Below, piece by piece: positions 1-12,637 of a stretch of DNA of 64,000 nt; within the stretch, counting starts at the first letter, position 1; every line of letters begins with the position of its first letter. Position numbers and translations under genes: made by a program. The notes under the pieces are model-generated. The model made no database searches. It was given only the letters and a program-made list of their open reading frames with translations, and was not told where the DNA came from. The stretch comes from Eledone cirrhosa (Eukaryota): the NCBI GenBank assembly GCA_964016885.1, contig OZ024740.1, positions 340,194,001 through 340,258,000 of the forward strand, in the 5' to 3' direction.

Positions 1-666
1 AGTCATAGCTGAGGGTAAGCTATGATAATTGTTACCTCAGTCATAGCTGAGGGTAAACTATGATAATTGTTACCTCAGTCATAGCTGAGGGTAAGCTATG
101 ATAATTATTGCCTCAGTCATAGCTTAGTGCAAGCTATGATAATTGTTACCTCAGTCATAGCTGAGAGTAAGCTATGATAATTGTTACCTCAGTCATAGCT
201 GAGGGTAAGCTATGATAATTGTTACCTCAGTCATAGCTGAGGGTAAGCTATGATAATTGTTACCTCAGTCATAGCTTAGTGCAAGCTATGATAATTGTTA
301 CCTCAGTCATAGCTGAGGGTAAGCTATGATAATTGTTACCTCAGTCATAGCTTAGTGCAAGCTATGATAATTGTTACCTCAGTCATAGCTGAGGGTAAGC
401 TATGATAATCATTGCCTCAGTCATAGCTTAGTGCAAGCTATGATAATTGTTACCCCAGTCATAGCTGAGGGTAAGCTATGATAATCATTGCCTCAGTCAT
501 AGCTTAGTGCAAGCTATGATAATTGTTACCCCAGTCATAGCTGAGGGTAAGCTATGATAATCATTGCCTCAGTCATAGCTTAGGTAAGCTATGATAATTG
601 TTACCTCAGTCGTAGCTGAGGGTAAGCTATGATAATTGTTACCTCAGTCATAGCTGAGGGTAAGCT
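1..666. repeat. 38-bp tandem minisatellite (about 17.5 copies, truncated by window start)
   Basis: Unit AGTCATAGCTGAGGGTAAGCTATGATAATTGTTACCTC recurs at 1, 39, 77, 115, etc.; variant unit with TTAGTGCAAG core; one 37-bp unit at 571. Confidence 0.97.
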
Positions 667-1395
667 GAGGTATTCAGGGTATATAAAAGGAGAGGGTTCA
701 TTTGGTATATCACTAAGGTCCTGGAGAATCATGGATGAACCTGGAGATATATGATGCGCCCAACTCTGTAAAATAGCCCCTCAGCCCATTTGAATAGAAA
801 GGAGTTCTCTCTCTAGTGTGGGGACAAAAGCCATCTTATTTCACCTCTTAGAGAAAGCTATGATAGTGTAGTGACCTACATTCTGAGGGCTCATGGATAC
901 ATTCTCCATACGTTGTTTGGCTCAGTTCAGTCAATCGCTACCAGCGTAGGGAGATGTATCTCGACTTCCGCCCAGAGGGAAAAATTCCCGCTTCTTTTCA
1001 AAAAACTCTCTCTTGCATCTCGACACCAGGAGGTAAACATCTCTTGATTTTGCTCAACAAACTTTCCAAAATGTAGCTACCAGAATTCTCCGAGCCGTGG
1101 CTTCTAACTTCTGCCACTGGTCTGCGTATTCCTTTTACAGCATCTTAATTTGTTTTATTTCATTTCTTATGACATGTCCTCACAGCTAACTCAACTTCTC
1201 GTCTTTGTAAATAAATTATATATCAAAAAACGTTGTAATGCCTTATGATGATATTTTCCACAACATTACTTTCAACTGCTTCAACGATGACTTCAATGAT
1301 ACAATATACAAGCAAATATTAACATTCATAACACAACATATATCCATATATCTCTCTCTCTTATTAACTATCCTCTTAAACCATTTCTAAATTGG

Positions 1396-2187
1396 GGATC
1401 CTGCATCTAATAGAATGGTAGAGCGTTTTCATCGCCAGTTAAAAGCCGCATTGCATGCCTATCTGGATACTCTACATTGGAGCGACTACCTCCCCATAGT
1501 ATTACTCGGTATCCGCACTTCAATTAAAGAGGACCTTGGATTCTCTCCAGCCGAACTTTTGTATGGCACTACTCTATCTTTGCTAGGGCAGATGCTTGCC
1601 CCAGTCGACCTTTCTACTCAGGATCCTACACTATGTGACTCATTTGCGTTTGTATTTTCAAGTTCTGCCTCCTATGAACACTAAGCAACAAGCCATTAAA
1701 TCTTTGGTTCCGAGGGACATTGCCTCGTGGACCCATGTTTTTGTCAGAAATAACGCAGTGAGAAGTCCTCTCCATCCACCTTATTCTAGACCCTATCGCG
1801 TACTTGCACGTACAAACAAACATCTCACCATTGACTTTAATGAACATAAAGACACAGTCTCTATTGACAGACTAAAGCTGGCCTACACAGATGCTCTCAC
1901 ACCAGAGCCTCATACTCCCCCCGCCTCCTACAATTTGTCAATATAAACACCACCGCAAACACCACAATCACATACAAACACTCCTTTACCTTCAACATAC
2001 ATCACGACAACTCATAGTGGTCGTCATGTCCATTGGCCCAAGAAACTTTGTAAAACAATTTTCATATGAACTATTCTTTTTTCTCTTTTTTCTTCATTTT
2101 TGTATTTGCTTTGCATGACTTATGTTACCTTTGCAGACATTTTCTCCTCATTTTGATAGACTGCTTTCCAGTCTAAGCAGAGGGTGA
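1396..2187 (+). mobile_element. Gypsy/Ty3 LTR retrotransposon relic: integrase C-terminal fragment (frameshifted) and 3' UTR
   Basis: ORFs 1415-1684 (MVERFHRQLKAAL...LPIVLLGIRT...FSPAELLYG) and 1596-1946 (HVFVR...PLHPPYSRPYRVL...VSIDRLK) match Gypsy integrase core end and GPY/F module; purine-rich PPT-like AGAGGGTGA just before 2188. Confidence 0.85.
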
Positions 2188-2472
2188 TGTAGTGGAACTA
2201 TGTTGTACCTTGCAATAGCAACATTTTCATATGCAATAAGGTTAAATTGACCAATGGTAAATTGCGTATGAATACATGTTCACTCTCTCTCTCACACTGG
2301 TGGAGAACCACAGTACAGGGAAGACCAGGAGATGGCTACTGACGCGTGAAGAATTATTATAAAATGACTCCTACATTCCTTTCAACAATAAAAATTATAT
2401 TTATAGAGGATTGAGCGTTAAAGAGATATTTATTTATATCCTGGAAGTCAGAAGCATGTTATTACCAATACA
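2188..2472 (+). mobile_element. Probable 3' LTR of the Gypsy relic
   Basis: Starts TGTAGTGG right after a purine tract, ends CCAATACA (7/8 inverted match), contains AATAAA near 2387. Confidence 0.6.
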
Positions 2473-3283
2473 GCTACCAACTCATCAACTAAGGTTTGTA
2501 AAAACAAGACCCTTAGAAGATTATAACTTGCAGTTATAAAAATATATAGATAATATTTAACTCCTCATCCTATCTATAATAGTTTTTGCCAAGAAGGTTG
2601 CAGCACCCTTTGTGGTGTATGACCGATTGACGGAGTGTTGAATTAATATTTCCTTTCATTTTGATTCTATATTTCTGTGTGAAATATTTATGTATTTAAA
2701 TATTGTATAAATTAATTATTTACTGTTCATCCAGCGATGACTTCTGAGTATTGTGTTTTAATCTGGCATTCTAACATTTTTGTATAATAAAAGTTAAATA
2801 ATGTTGTTATAATATTATATTTATTTGAACTTAAACTACTTATGTTATAAACAGTATTTTAAAATGTCCCCTTTGTTAGTTGTTCTATTATGGTAGGAAT
2901 ATAAAAAACTGAACAAAACAGGGTGAAAGTATATATACTTTCAAAACATTGTCACGGGGTTAACAGGATGGAAATGGTTGGGTACTACATTTGAATGTAA
3001 ATGCTTGCAAGCTATAAATTCTAATTCAGTAATTCTACACTTGCTTTATAATATAAGTGGTCAACTGTCCGAGTCATTTGAACAACATATTAAATGACTC
3101 ATAATATTTATTCTAGCTGTCTGTGCTCTGAGTTCAAATTACACCAAGGTCAACTTTATTTTTCATTCTTTTGGAGTTAATAAATACAGTACTAATCCAG
3201 AGTGGTCGGTTGGCTGAATAGTTGAAGCATCTGACATGATGCTTTACAGTATCATTTTTGATCCTTTGCATACTGAGTTTTCC

Positions 3284-3592
3284 TGTGACATCACTGATGC
3301 CAAGCTGTATCAGCCATTGTACAACATCAGTGAAAGGGAGAGGGGATGATTTGCCTGCATTGACAACTGGTGGTCTTCCACTAGGAAGTTCCCCCACTGT
3401 GGTACAAGCCTGGGCAAGATGTTTTTTGTGGAAGACCAGTAGTTGCCCATGCATACCAGTCTCCCCTATCCACACCACCAATGTTGTCCAAAGGAAAGGC
3501 AATGGCCAATACAACTTAGCATCAGTAACATCACAACTCATTTCTACAGCTGAGTGGACTGGAGCAACGTGAAATAAAGTGTCTTACTCAAG
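3284..3592. mobile_element. Two SINE-body fragments in opposite orientation
   Basis: 3284-3380 is an imperfect reverse complement of about 3430-3535; 3536-3592 matches the SINE core seen at 27890-27945 and 56065-56120. Confidence 0.6.
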
Positions 3593-3719
3593 TAAAGTGC
3601 CTTACAAAATATGTAGTTATAATAAATATTAATAAAATAGCTAGCGTTTTAATTTAGGGACCATTTATAACATACGCTATGGGCCTTGCACCAGCTTAAT
3701 CCAGGCTTGGGTTGGTTGA

Positions 3720-4375
3720 GCTGAGGTTGTGAGATAGAGGTGTTGAGGTGATATGAAGTTGGGAAAGAAGTGTTGTGAGATAGATGTGAAGTTGTGAGCT
3801 AGAGCTGATGTGATATTGAGAAATAAGTGTTGTGAGATAGATGTGAGGTTGGGGGATTTAGGAGAGATGGTAAGATATAGATGATACTGGAGGCAAATTG
3901 GCAGAATCATTAAGGCGTCAAATTAAATTCTTCTGTACTTATTCTGACTCACAACACTGAGTTCAAATCTTGCCTAGGTTCACTTTGCTGTTCAACCTTT
4001 TGGGGGTCAATAAATAAAGTACCAGTCCAAGGGTGGAGGATTGATGGGATTATTAAAGAGCTGGGGGGGATGCTTTGTGGTATCTGATCCAACTATGTGC
4101 ATTTTTAGTTCCAGTCCCACTTCCTTCTGTAAGGTGTTGTGACCAGCAGATAGTATCAGCAATTGAAAGACCAATGGAAACATTGTTCCCTTGGTCTGGT
4201 CTGATAATCAGTTCCTTTTCTATTTTGGATGGCAGGGGTTAGGGGTAGAAATATTGTAAAATAGAGGTGTGGCAGTGAGATAGATGTGACTGGAATTATA
4301 GGTGAGTTTGTGAGATAAAAGTGACAATGTGAAATAGAGATGAATTTGAGATAAAGGGAAAGTTGTGAGATTTCA
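3720..4375. repeat. Degenerate GTGAGATAGATGTG-type low-complexity repeat blocks (3720-3880, 4255-4375) flanking an old SINE
   Basis: Repeated gttgtgagatagatgtga-like words; SINE-like gagttcaaatc...ggggtcaataaataaagtaccag at about 3895-4028. Confidence 0.5.
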
Positions 4376-4441
4376 ACCATGACGCTCTTGTTTTCTATGA
4401 GTATATAAGGACTTCACTGTCTAATGTGTCTTTAGCTTATT

Positions 4442-4695
4442 TAATCCTTTCCTTACCATATTTCTAATATAATACACTACATGTGCTTTTCAAGTAATTT
4501 TGAAAATAATGAAGAATTTTGAGAGATTTAATGAAATAACTCATTATTTATTTTGTGTTTGGAGCATAACTTAAGAAATGTTCTTACATAAAATCATAGT
4601 GGAGGGTTTTGGGATAAATATAAACACTTTGAAACAAACAGCTTTGTATAATAAAACCAGTGGTCGTGTCAGGCAGTTTGGTATCAAAAGAGTGA
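4442..4695. mobile_element. TTAA-flanked MITE family B (piggyBac-type), degenerate copy
   Basis: ttaatcctttccttaccatatttctaat...ggtatcaaaagagt; similar copies near 9340, 11091, 44170, 50360, 51540, 53383, 58988, 63600. Confidence 0.6.
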
Positions 4696-4849
4696 AGATG
4701 GTACGATCTGATCTGAAAAAATGTTACTGCTATCTCAAGCAGGTAGAGAAACCACATAGAGGCAGCATTGTTGGCTGGTTTAAAATGAGGTAATAAATTG
4801 CAGTGAAGGAGTAAGCTGTGTAGTATTGGTGCTACCACAGTAGTTTATA

Positions 4850-5279
4850 TTTAAACTAGCCATATCCAGCCAGAATTCTCTCACCTCTTTCTGTTCAAAC
4901 TGGCTGTAACCGGCCACTCATACTGATGTTAAGGTATTGTTCTAAAAATATATAATATCAAATCTCATAGATTTGATATTATGTGAGATAATCATGTAAG
5001 ATAAAGCCTTTACCATGAAAATATAATTGTAAATATAGAGTAACACAAATGCTAAAGGGTTAAATTCTTAATATCCTGCAATGATTTCACATTGCAGATG
5101 TCTATAAACTGGTTTGTTAGTTCAAATGTTTATAGTATCTTTACTAGTGGACAGATCATTGTGAAACATTTGCAGTAAACTAAAGTAAAGACTTTCATTT
5201 TTAATGTTATTAGTGTTATGTACTTTTTAAGAATGTCTTGCTAACGTGATTTAATGTGGTTCAGGACATTCAGAGTTAA
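4850..5279. mobile_element. Two adjacent TTAA-type MITEs (family A partial 4850-5063; family C 5060-5279)
   Basis: First matches 38689-38908 and ends AAATGCTAAAGGG-TTAA; second matches 53795-53993 and ends CAGGACATTCAGAG-TTAA. Confidence 0.65.
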
Positions 5280-5938
5280 TCTATATATATAAAGCTGTGG
5301 TTGTCTGTCTGTCTATCGATTTTTGGCACACATCTCCTCTTAGAATCTCTGACGGAATTGCACCGAAATTGCTATACTTATACATTGAGCCCTAGCGAAG
5401 ACATCGGAAAAAAATATTTCAAATTGACCCACCTTATGTGACGAAATAGAATCTAATGTATCGATTTTTGAGCGTAAGTGACGAGTTATTTCCCTTTGTT
5501 CTGTTTACATTGAGCGTCTTACGTTCTGTTTACATTTTCTGCGTGCAAAAATTAAAAAAATTACGCTGGCTTTCTCAGCGTTTAAAATGACATTAACACA
5601 ATACACGAACAGTTGTCGAACCAGCAAAATTTTGACCTGCAAAATTCATCAGTTCGAACACTAAGCTTCCGTTTTGCTTCATTTCCATTTAAAAGCCTTT
5701 TAAAACAATATTTTTACTTGAAAACAAGTCTATTTAAAGACTACGTAAAACAAGCAAATATTTCGTAAAAAAAAGCAAAAATTATATAAGTTTATTTAAA
5801 ATATATGTATCTGTAAATTTCGTTAGGCGTGCAGACAGACAGTCGTGCAGACAGACTTTAAGCCAAAAAAGAAACTTAACATTGTAACTTTAACACAGCT
5901 ACTGAGCGACCCCGAGCAACGCCGGGCTTTACTGCTAG
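5280..5938 (+). mobile_element. Non-autonomous Helitron
   Basis: 5' TC (TCTATATATATAAAG), 3' CTAG, inserted between A and T with no TSD, subterminal GC hairpin CCCGAGCAACGCCGGG about 8 nt before CTAG. Confidence 0.85.
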
Positions 5939-7067
5939 TAACAAGATAAAACTCAGTCAATCTATTATAGTGGTACTACTATTGCTACTACAAGTAAGTT
6001 TTTGCTCAATAATTATATGTGAACATTCCAGCAGAATGACACATTAAAACTTCAACTTAACAAATTATTTTAACTCCATTGAATGCCTGACTGGTTAATA
6101 TTCGTGATGTATGCTGTGTGATGTGTGTGAGTGTGTTATGACTGACTCGTGACATAGGTGTGGAATAAGAGAATACAACATTAAATTGTATGAAAGAACA
6201 GTAACAACACAAAACAAAAAAACAAAAACTAACAAAAAAATCAACAAAAAACATTTTGTTTTGTGTTGTTATTGTTTTTGTTGATTTTTTTTTTGTTTTT
6301 TTTTTGTTTGTTTGTTTGTTTTTAGTCTGGATGAGAATGTTCCAGTTGCGGTGAGAAAATGAACAAAAAAAAAAGAGAGAGAGAGACATTTATCTTTAGC
6401 AAGTTGAATCTGTTTTAACTACTTCCTTTAACTTCATATCATAAACAAGAACAGCAAGAAATTCTCATTAACTAATCTAGACAAAATGACATTATTGAAT
6501 TAATGTCTAGAATGAGCTTTAATATGTCAATACTAGTTTGTTTGTTTGTCTCTTTGTTAGTCCGTCTTATTCTGAATTCATTGAATTGAATCTAAATGTA
6601 ACATTTTAATCTTTACTCATTAATTTATTGAAACTTGATCAAATTGTTGCTGATTTCAGTAAAAATTTTCTGTGGAAATCAAAGAAATTGATAAAAGAGA
6701 ACAAGAGATCTCTGAGTGCATATATGAGTGCATGTGAAGGCACATATCTTCGTGGTTATGGTGTTCAGTTAACTAATGTAAGGTCATGCTTTTGATTCCC
6801 ATGTTGAATCCAATTGTAAAGTTATAGTCACAAACGGTCTGTTCAAATATGATGACTATGAGGGTTAGCTGAAAAGTTCATTGGTTCATGAAATTCTTGT
6901 GTTTTTTCCAGGCAGTTATAGTATTTCAACAAAAACGAAATCAATACAATAAGTATCAGACTTGAAAAATAAATATAGGAGCTTATAAAATCAACTAAAA
7001 TTGCCTTATCGTGATGCCCCAGCATGGCCACAGACAAATGACTATAAACCAGTGAAAGAGTGCTATA

Positions 7068-7265
7068 CAAGCGTGGGTTGGAAAGTTTATAGGCTGGCTA
7101 CAAAGGAATGGTGCTAGAGCTGTAAAATCTTGCATGCATTAATTTTAACTCTTCTTGTTAATAACTCCATTGTTTCTTTCCAGGGACTATGTTGTAAAAT
7201 AAAGCTCATTTGATCATTCCATGAGAGTATCTTGGTCATCCTATGAACTTTTCAGTCGACCCTCA
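7068..7265. mobile_element. Tc1/mariner-type MITE, degenerate
   Basis: Imperfect TIRs (gggttggaaagtttataggctg / catcctatgaacttttcagtcgaccctca), TA at right flank; related terminus at about 6857. Confidence 0.5.
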
Positions 7266-7726
7266 TATGTATGTCAGGATAGAAAATTCAGAAATGCAGA
7301 GCTTTGTACACTAAACAAAGTGTCAGGCAGAAGAGTTTATGTCATTTGCTGCTGCTGCTTTCAAGTGTGAGCTGCAACTGTGCCATCAATCTTTTCACTC
7401 ACCAATAAAAGATTATAGAAACTGACGTACAACAAAAATATTTAGGTGAAGACTTGTCATACCTAAGCTATGTATTTGTAAATAAAATATCAACTTATCA
7501 CCACCATATGTCTACTTTCCACGCTGACATGGGTTGGATAGATCATTATGGTTCTTTTTCAAAGTTTCTCCCCTCTTTGATGGATCAAAAGACCATGTCT
7601 CAATTAGTGGATACTAAATATTTAATAAGATATACAAGTAATATTTAATACAATGATCTCAGTTAGATATCTATTGATATTTATAACTTATTTGGTTTTA
7701 AAGGCGTTGTCATGTTTTTTTATATG

Positions 7727-8890
7727 ACATCATCATCATCATCATCATCATCATCGTTATTTAACGTCTGCTTTCTCTGCTAGTAATGATCAGATGGGTC
7801 TACATTGACCAAGTCAGTACTCAAGCATGGTTACTGATCTCACCAACAGGCCAGGGGATCCGAATTTCACTTGTGTATGGTCTCACATTCTACTGAGTGC
7901 TCAAGAGAGGTAATCATGTCGTTGACACAACTGAAGGATCCTCCAAACCCTTTGTTTGGCAAGCTTTCTATGGCTGGATGCCCTTCCTATCCTATCACCC
8001 ACCACTATACAGCATGTACTGGGTGCATTTATTGTTTAGATCACCAACACTAGGGAGGCTATCATGTCCTTGACATGACTGAAGGGTCCTCTCAACCCTT
8101 TTTTTAGACATGGATTCTACAGTGGGATGCCCTTCCTGTTACCAACCATCTTACAAAGTGTACTGGGTGCATTTCATGGCACCAATACTAGAGAGGTTGT
8201 TGATCCTTGTCCCAATGGAAGAACCCTCTCTGCTCTGTGTGGCAGGAAGGAGTAATAGGAGAGGGGAAAGTATGAAGTTATGGTTAGTGTTGTGTGATTT
8301 GACAGGGGGGTGAGTGGGGCAGGGGATATGCAGTGGTGAGAACACTGAAATGGAGACAGAGGTGAAAGTGGGGGACCTGGATGGTTTGATCATTTGCACT
8401 AGAGTGGGGATGGCACTCACCAGTGCTGGGAAGAGGTGTAGTGATGGAGAGAATAGCTTAGGAGTGATGGTGGAGGGGGCATGCGTTGGGTACAAAGGAG
8501 TGAAGAGAGAGTTACTAGGGTGAAATAGTGAGGTATCTAAGGACTTTTGAGGGGGTAGCAGCTAAGGAGTGAATGCTGGAGGGGGTATGGATAGAGTAGG
8601 GAGGTTTAATTTTTTTTAAGGTCAGTCTTCACAATCTCATCCCAATTCTCCCTGGGTCTGCCTCATCCACGTGCCCCAGCCACTAGAGTTGCTCTGCATT
8701 TTTTTATGCATCTGTTACCTTCCATATGCATCACATGTCTACACTTATACAGTCCTCTCTGTTGCACACTACATCCAGTTCCTCGTATGCCAAGTTTTTC
8801 CCTCAGTTTGCTTATGCAATGTCACTCATGCACACTAACATTTCACATCCATCAGAGCATACTCAATTCGTTTCTTTCTAGACAATGAAA
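7727..8890 (-). mobile_element. Old RTE-clade LINE 3' end with (CAT)n tail and internally duplicated 3' UTR
   Basis: (CAT)n at 7728-7755, ggatgcccttcc motif twice, degenerate RWM/RWFGH-region DNA at 8620-8890; related copies at 31740-32040, 51180-51450, 55330-55685. Confidence 0.6.
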
Positions 8891-9722
8891 TTTGTTGCAT
8901 TATACAATAACATTTTTTTTTTAATAACTTTATGAAAATTATTTCATATTTAATGTCATATTTTAATAGTGTATTATTCTGTTATATTGTTCTCGTGACT
9001 CTCTTCATTATTGAAATCACTTCCACATATTAACCATGTTGTTTGCTACCTTGCATTATAGCAGTGATTTACAACCTGGAGTCCATGGAGCCCTGGTGAA
9101 CCACAAAGGTAACTGGAGCTTTGTGGGCTAAGTTCATAATTTCAAGTACTTTCATCATCATCATCATCTTCGTTTAACGTCCATCTTCCACGGTTAGTTA
9201 TTGAAAAGAATGTGCACACACTATTAGGTACCGATCCTTGTCTAAGTTATAATATTGTTCTCTTTCAATTGTTATTCTATTTATATAACAACGTTTGGAT
9301 GGGTTAATTGAAGCAAGGGCTTCATGAAAATATTCTTTTATCCCTTTTGTAAACATATTTCTAATGAAAAATACAAGAATTTAGAGGGATATAGTAATAT
9401 AACTATTATTATTAGGCAGGTGTTTGGGACATAACTTTAAGATTTTTACATAGAAATATGATGGAAGAAATTTTGGAAAAATATAAATACTTTAAAATAG
9501 TTTTGTATCAGAACCTGAGGTTGTTTCAGGAAGTTTGATATCAAAGAGGTTGAAACAAGACAAAATTCTGGATATCAAAATAATGTAGGGTAGGTAAAAT
9601 AAGAAGATATCTAGTATCTATAATTTGCTAAACAGTGTGCTACACAGATCCTAAATGATCTTCACACACCTCCACAAAATATACATACATCCTTATATTC
9701 AATGATCATTATAGTTACACTC

Positions 9723-9914
9723 AAAGGGTGGTGAATTGGCAGTATCGGTAGAGGGTCGGACGCCATGCTTTGATGCATAGAGTTACGGCCCTTGCCATTC
9801 TGAGTTCAAATCCCGTCGAGGTTAACTTTGCCTTTCATCCTAACGGGGGTCGATAAAATAATGTACCAGTAATACACTGGGATAATTGCTGGCCTTGTTC
9901 CTATTGTAGAAACA
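9723..9914 (+). mobile_element. tRNA-derived SINE family 1, full length with 15-bp TSD
   Basis: A-box-like TGGCAGTATCGG, B-box GAGTTCAAATCC, body GCCTTTCATCC...GGGGTCGATAAAAT; TSD ATTATAGTTACACTC at 9708-9722 and 9915-9929. Confidence 0.9.
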
Positions 9915-11090
9915 ATTATAGTTACACTCTCCCACCATTGTATAGGTAGACAGCTGCATGAACAACTTCTACAACCTTACATCAGCTATCTAGAAAACAA
10001 ATAGACTACAATAATACTTCTGACCATCAACATTTCACTTTTTACTTCTTAGCAGCAATACCAGAAAGTAACAAATACACCCAAACATCACACACAACAA
10101 CTGAAGAAGCCTTTATATGATTGTTAGACCTGCTAGAAACGACAGTCAAATTTCCCTCAAATCATTCTCTATAATTGTTAAAAGAGAAGGAACACCAAAT
10201 AATGTAATCATAGGTATCCTTGAAAAAACAAGATGGTCATAAGTGGAATGTTTCTGACCATTTGTCTGCTTGATCATTGTTGTCCAGGGGTTAAACAAGA
10301 ACAAATAACAACATATTATATACACAAAAAAGATCAAAATGTTACAACTTTTGCACAACATTTAAAGCACATGTAGAAGAAATAGTGAAGATAATAAAAA
10401 AGGGAAAGAAAACAGAAAGAAGCTAAGTGTCAACTTGGACCAAGGAAACAATGCTTCCATTGGTCCTTCTATTGCTGATTCTATTTGCTGATTCTATTCG
10501 CAACTCCTAGCAAAAGGAGATGGGATTTGAACTTAGAATGCACAGTCTCAGAGCAGATACCACAAAGTATCTCATTCAAATCTTTAATGATTCTTCCAAC
10601 CCATCACTCCTGGATTGTTACTTTATTTATCAACCTCAAAAGGATGAAAGTAGGACTTAAACCACAGTACAGAGAGTCAGAACAAATACTAAGGTGTTTA
10701 AATGGCTGCCCTAATGACTCTGGCAATCTGCAGTCTAAAAAGTATCAAAATAACACACAAATATACTTTGAGCACTCACCAGTATCACATTTGGCCAACA
10801 GATAGAAAAAACAACACTATTACTGTAGAAACAATATGGATTATCTCAATCCTACCTGAGTCCCAAATCTACACCCCTACCCCCACTCCACCCAAGAAAA
10901 TAAAACAAACTATAAGGAACAGAAAATAGAATTACCATATTTCAAATGTAATAAACAGTCTTTGTGTTTACAATGAATGTTGAAAATCTTCAAGAAATTG
11001 GAAGGATTTAGGAACATAATTGACCTTTCAATTATTAAGATGGTGGTAAGCCTATATCTTCACAAACAGTTCTTAATATAATATAAAATG

Positions 11091-11866
11091 TTAACCTTTT
11101 CATAACCATATCTCTAATGAAAGACTGCCTATGATTTTAAAATAATTTAGAAAATAATCAAGAATTTTGAGGAATTATCATATTGATTTTTGGAATATAA
11201 TTTAACAAAATTCTAACATAAAATTATAATGGAAAGGTTTTAATTAAATAGCTAGAATAAGGATAGGATAGAAAAAGTTCAGAGAGCTACATACACTGTT
11301 GACCACAAAAGGTTTCTCCTTGCATACAAAAGGACAACTGTATGATGCCTGTATGTGAAGTAGAATGCTGCATGGTAGTGAAAGATGGGCTGTGACTGTG
11401 GAGGAAGTGTGTTGACTGGAGAGAAATGAAGCAACTATGCTTCGCTGGATGTGCAATGTGTGAGAGAAAGGCAGAGCTTGGACGAGTTGAAGGAGAAGCT
11501 GGGTTTAAGAGGAATTCGAGGTGGTGTAGCGGAGAGACAACTGTGTTGGTTTGGATATGTGATGTGATGTGCATGAACAATGATTGTTGAGTGAAGAAGT
11601 GCCAGGAAATGCCAGTGGAAGGAAGCCGCAAAAGACCTGGGCAGAGCTGGTGAGAGCTAACGTCAAATCACTGAAACTCACAGAGGAGATGACAAAGGAT
11701 CACGATGTGTGGCGAGATGCTGTACTGAGAAAGGCCTGTCCAACCCATGCAAGCATGTAAAAGTGGACATAAAAACGATGATGATGATGATAAACACTTT
11801 AGAACAAACAGTTTAGTATCACAGAAACAGGGACAATTTCAATTGGTTTGATATCAAAAGGGTTAG
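11091..11866. mobile_element. TTAA MITE family B interrupted by an RTE LINE 3' fragment (+ strand, about 11250-11790)
   Basis: MITE ends at 11091 and 11862; insert shows decayed KKFREL/LYDAC/MLRWMC/WFG coding and (GAT)n tail. Confidence 0.7.
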
Positions 11867-12637
11867 TTTGAATATGAATTCTTTACAATTATAGGTGGTT
11901 TCAGGTGGTTACATTAATCCAAAAGGGTTAATGTAATCACAAGTTGCATTCAGACCACACCTTTAGACCACCTATACAATAAAGTCCAAATAGCTGAAGT
12001 GAGTAATCACCTAAACATTCTACTGACAGTTGTTGTTGTAAGCTTCAATCCACACAAACCTTATCTCTATAAACCCAGTAACCCACATAGAATAAACATT
12101 CATTGGTTTCAATGATCAGTGTTTTCATTGTTCAATCAACACTTCAGCCTGCTCATGAAATGAACATGTGTGTGACTGAGTATTACACAGACACATGTAC
12201 CCATAATATAATTTTCAGGGAGATTCAGTATGACACAGTATGGAACAAGGCTGGCTCCTTGAGTTACAGGTACAGTTCATCCAACAGGCTTCCAAACAGT
12301 TTCCATATACCCAGTTTTACTCACAAGGCATGGATCAACTCAATAATACTTACCCAATATGTCATGCGGTGGGCTTAAATTCAGGACCTAATGGTTATGA
12401 AGCAAACTTTATAACCATCTGACCATGCTGTGGCCACAATAACCTTCAAACTCCTAGACATACTTACAATATTCCAGAAACTATGACAACACCAGAAATG
12501 TCCATGACCACTCCAGAACACTGCTACAATGCCACACTAAAAACACTATTTCAGGGTCTTCAATTTGTGATCTGCAGGCTGCATGTAGCCCACAAACTAT
12601 TTTTCTATGGCCCACAGCAGAACAATTTTTGTGACTA

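Noticed and set aside
1-666. CRISPR array (palindromic repeats of about 38 bp)
   Set aside because: No unique spacers, units are contiguous, context is eukaryotic, and no cas genes are present.
867-1265. Solo LTR (TGTAGTG...CACAACA with AATAAA)
   Set aside because: Termini are suggestive, but there is no TSD and no similarity to the LTR at 2188-2472; not supportable without a repeat library.
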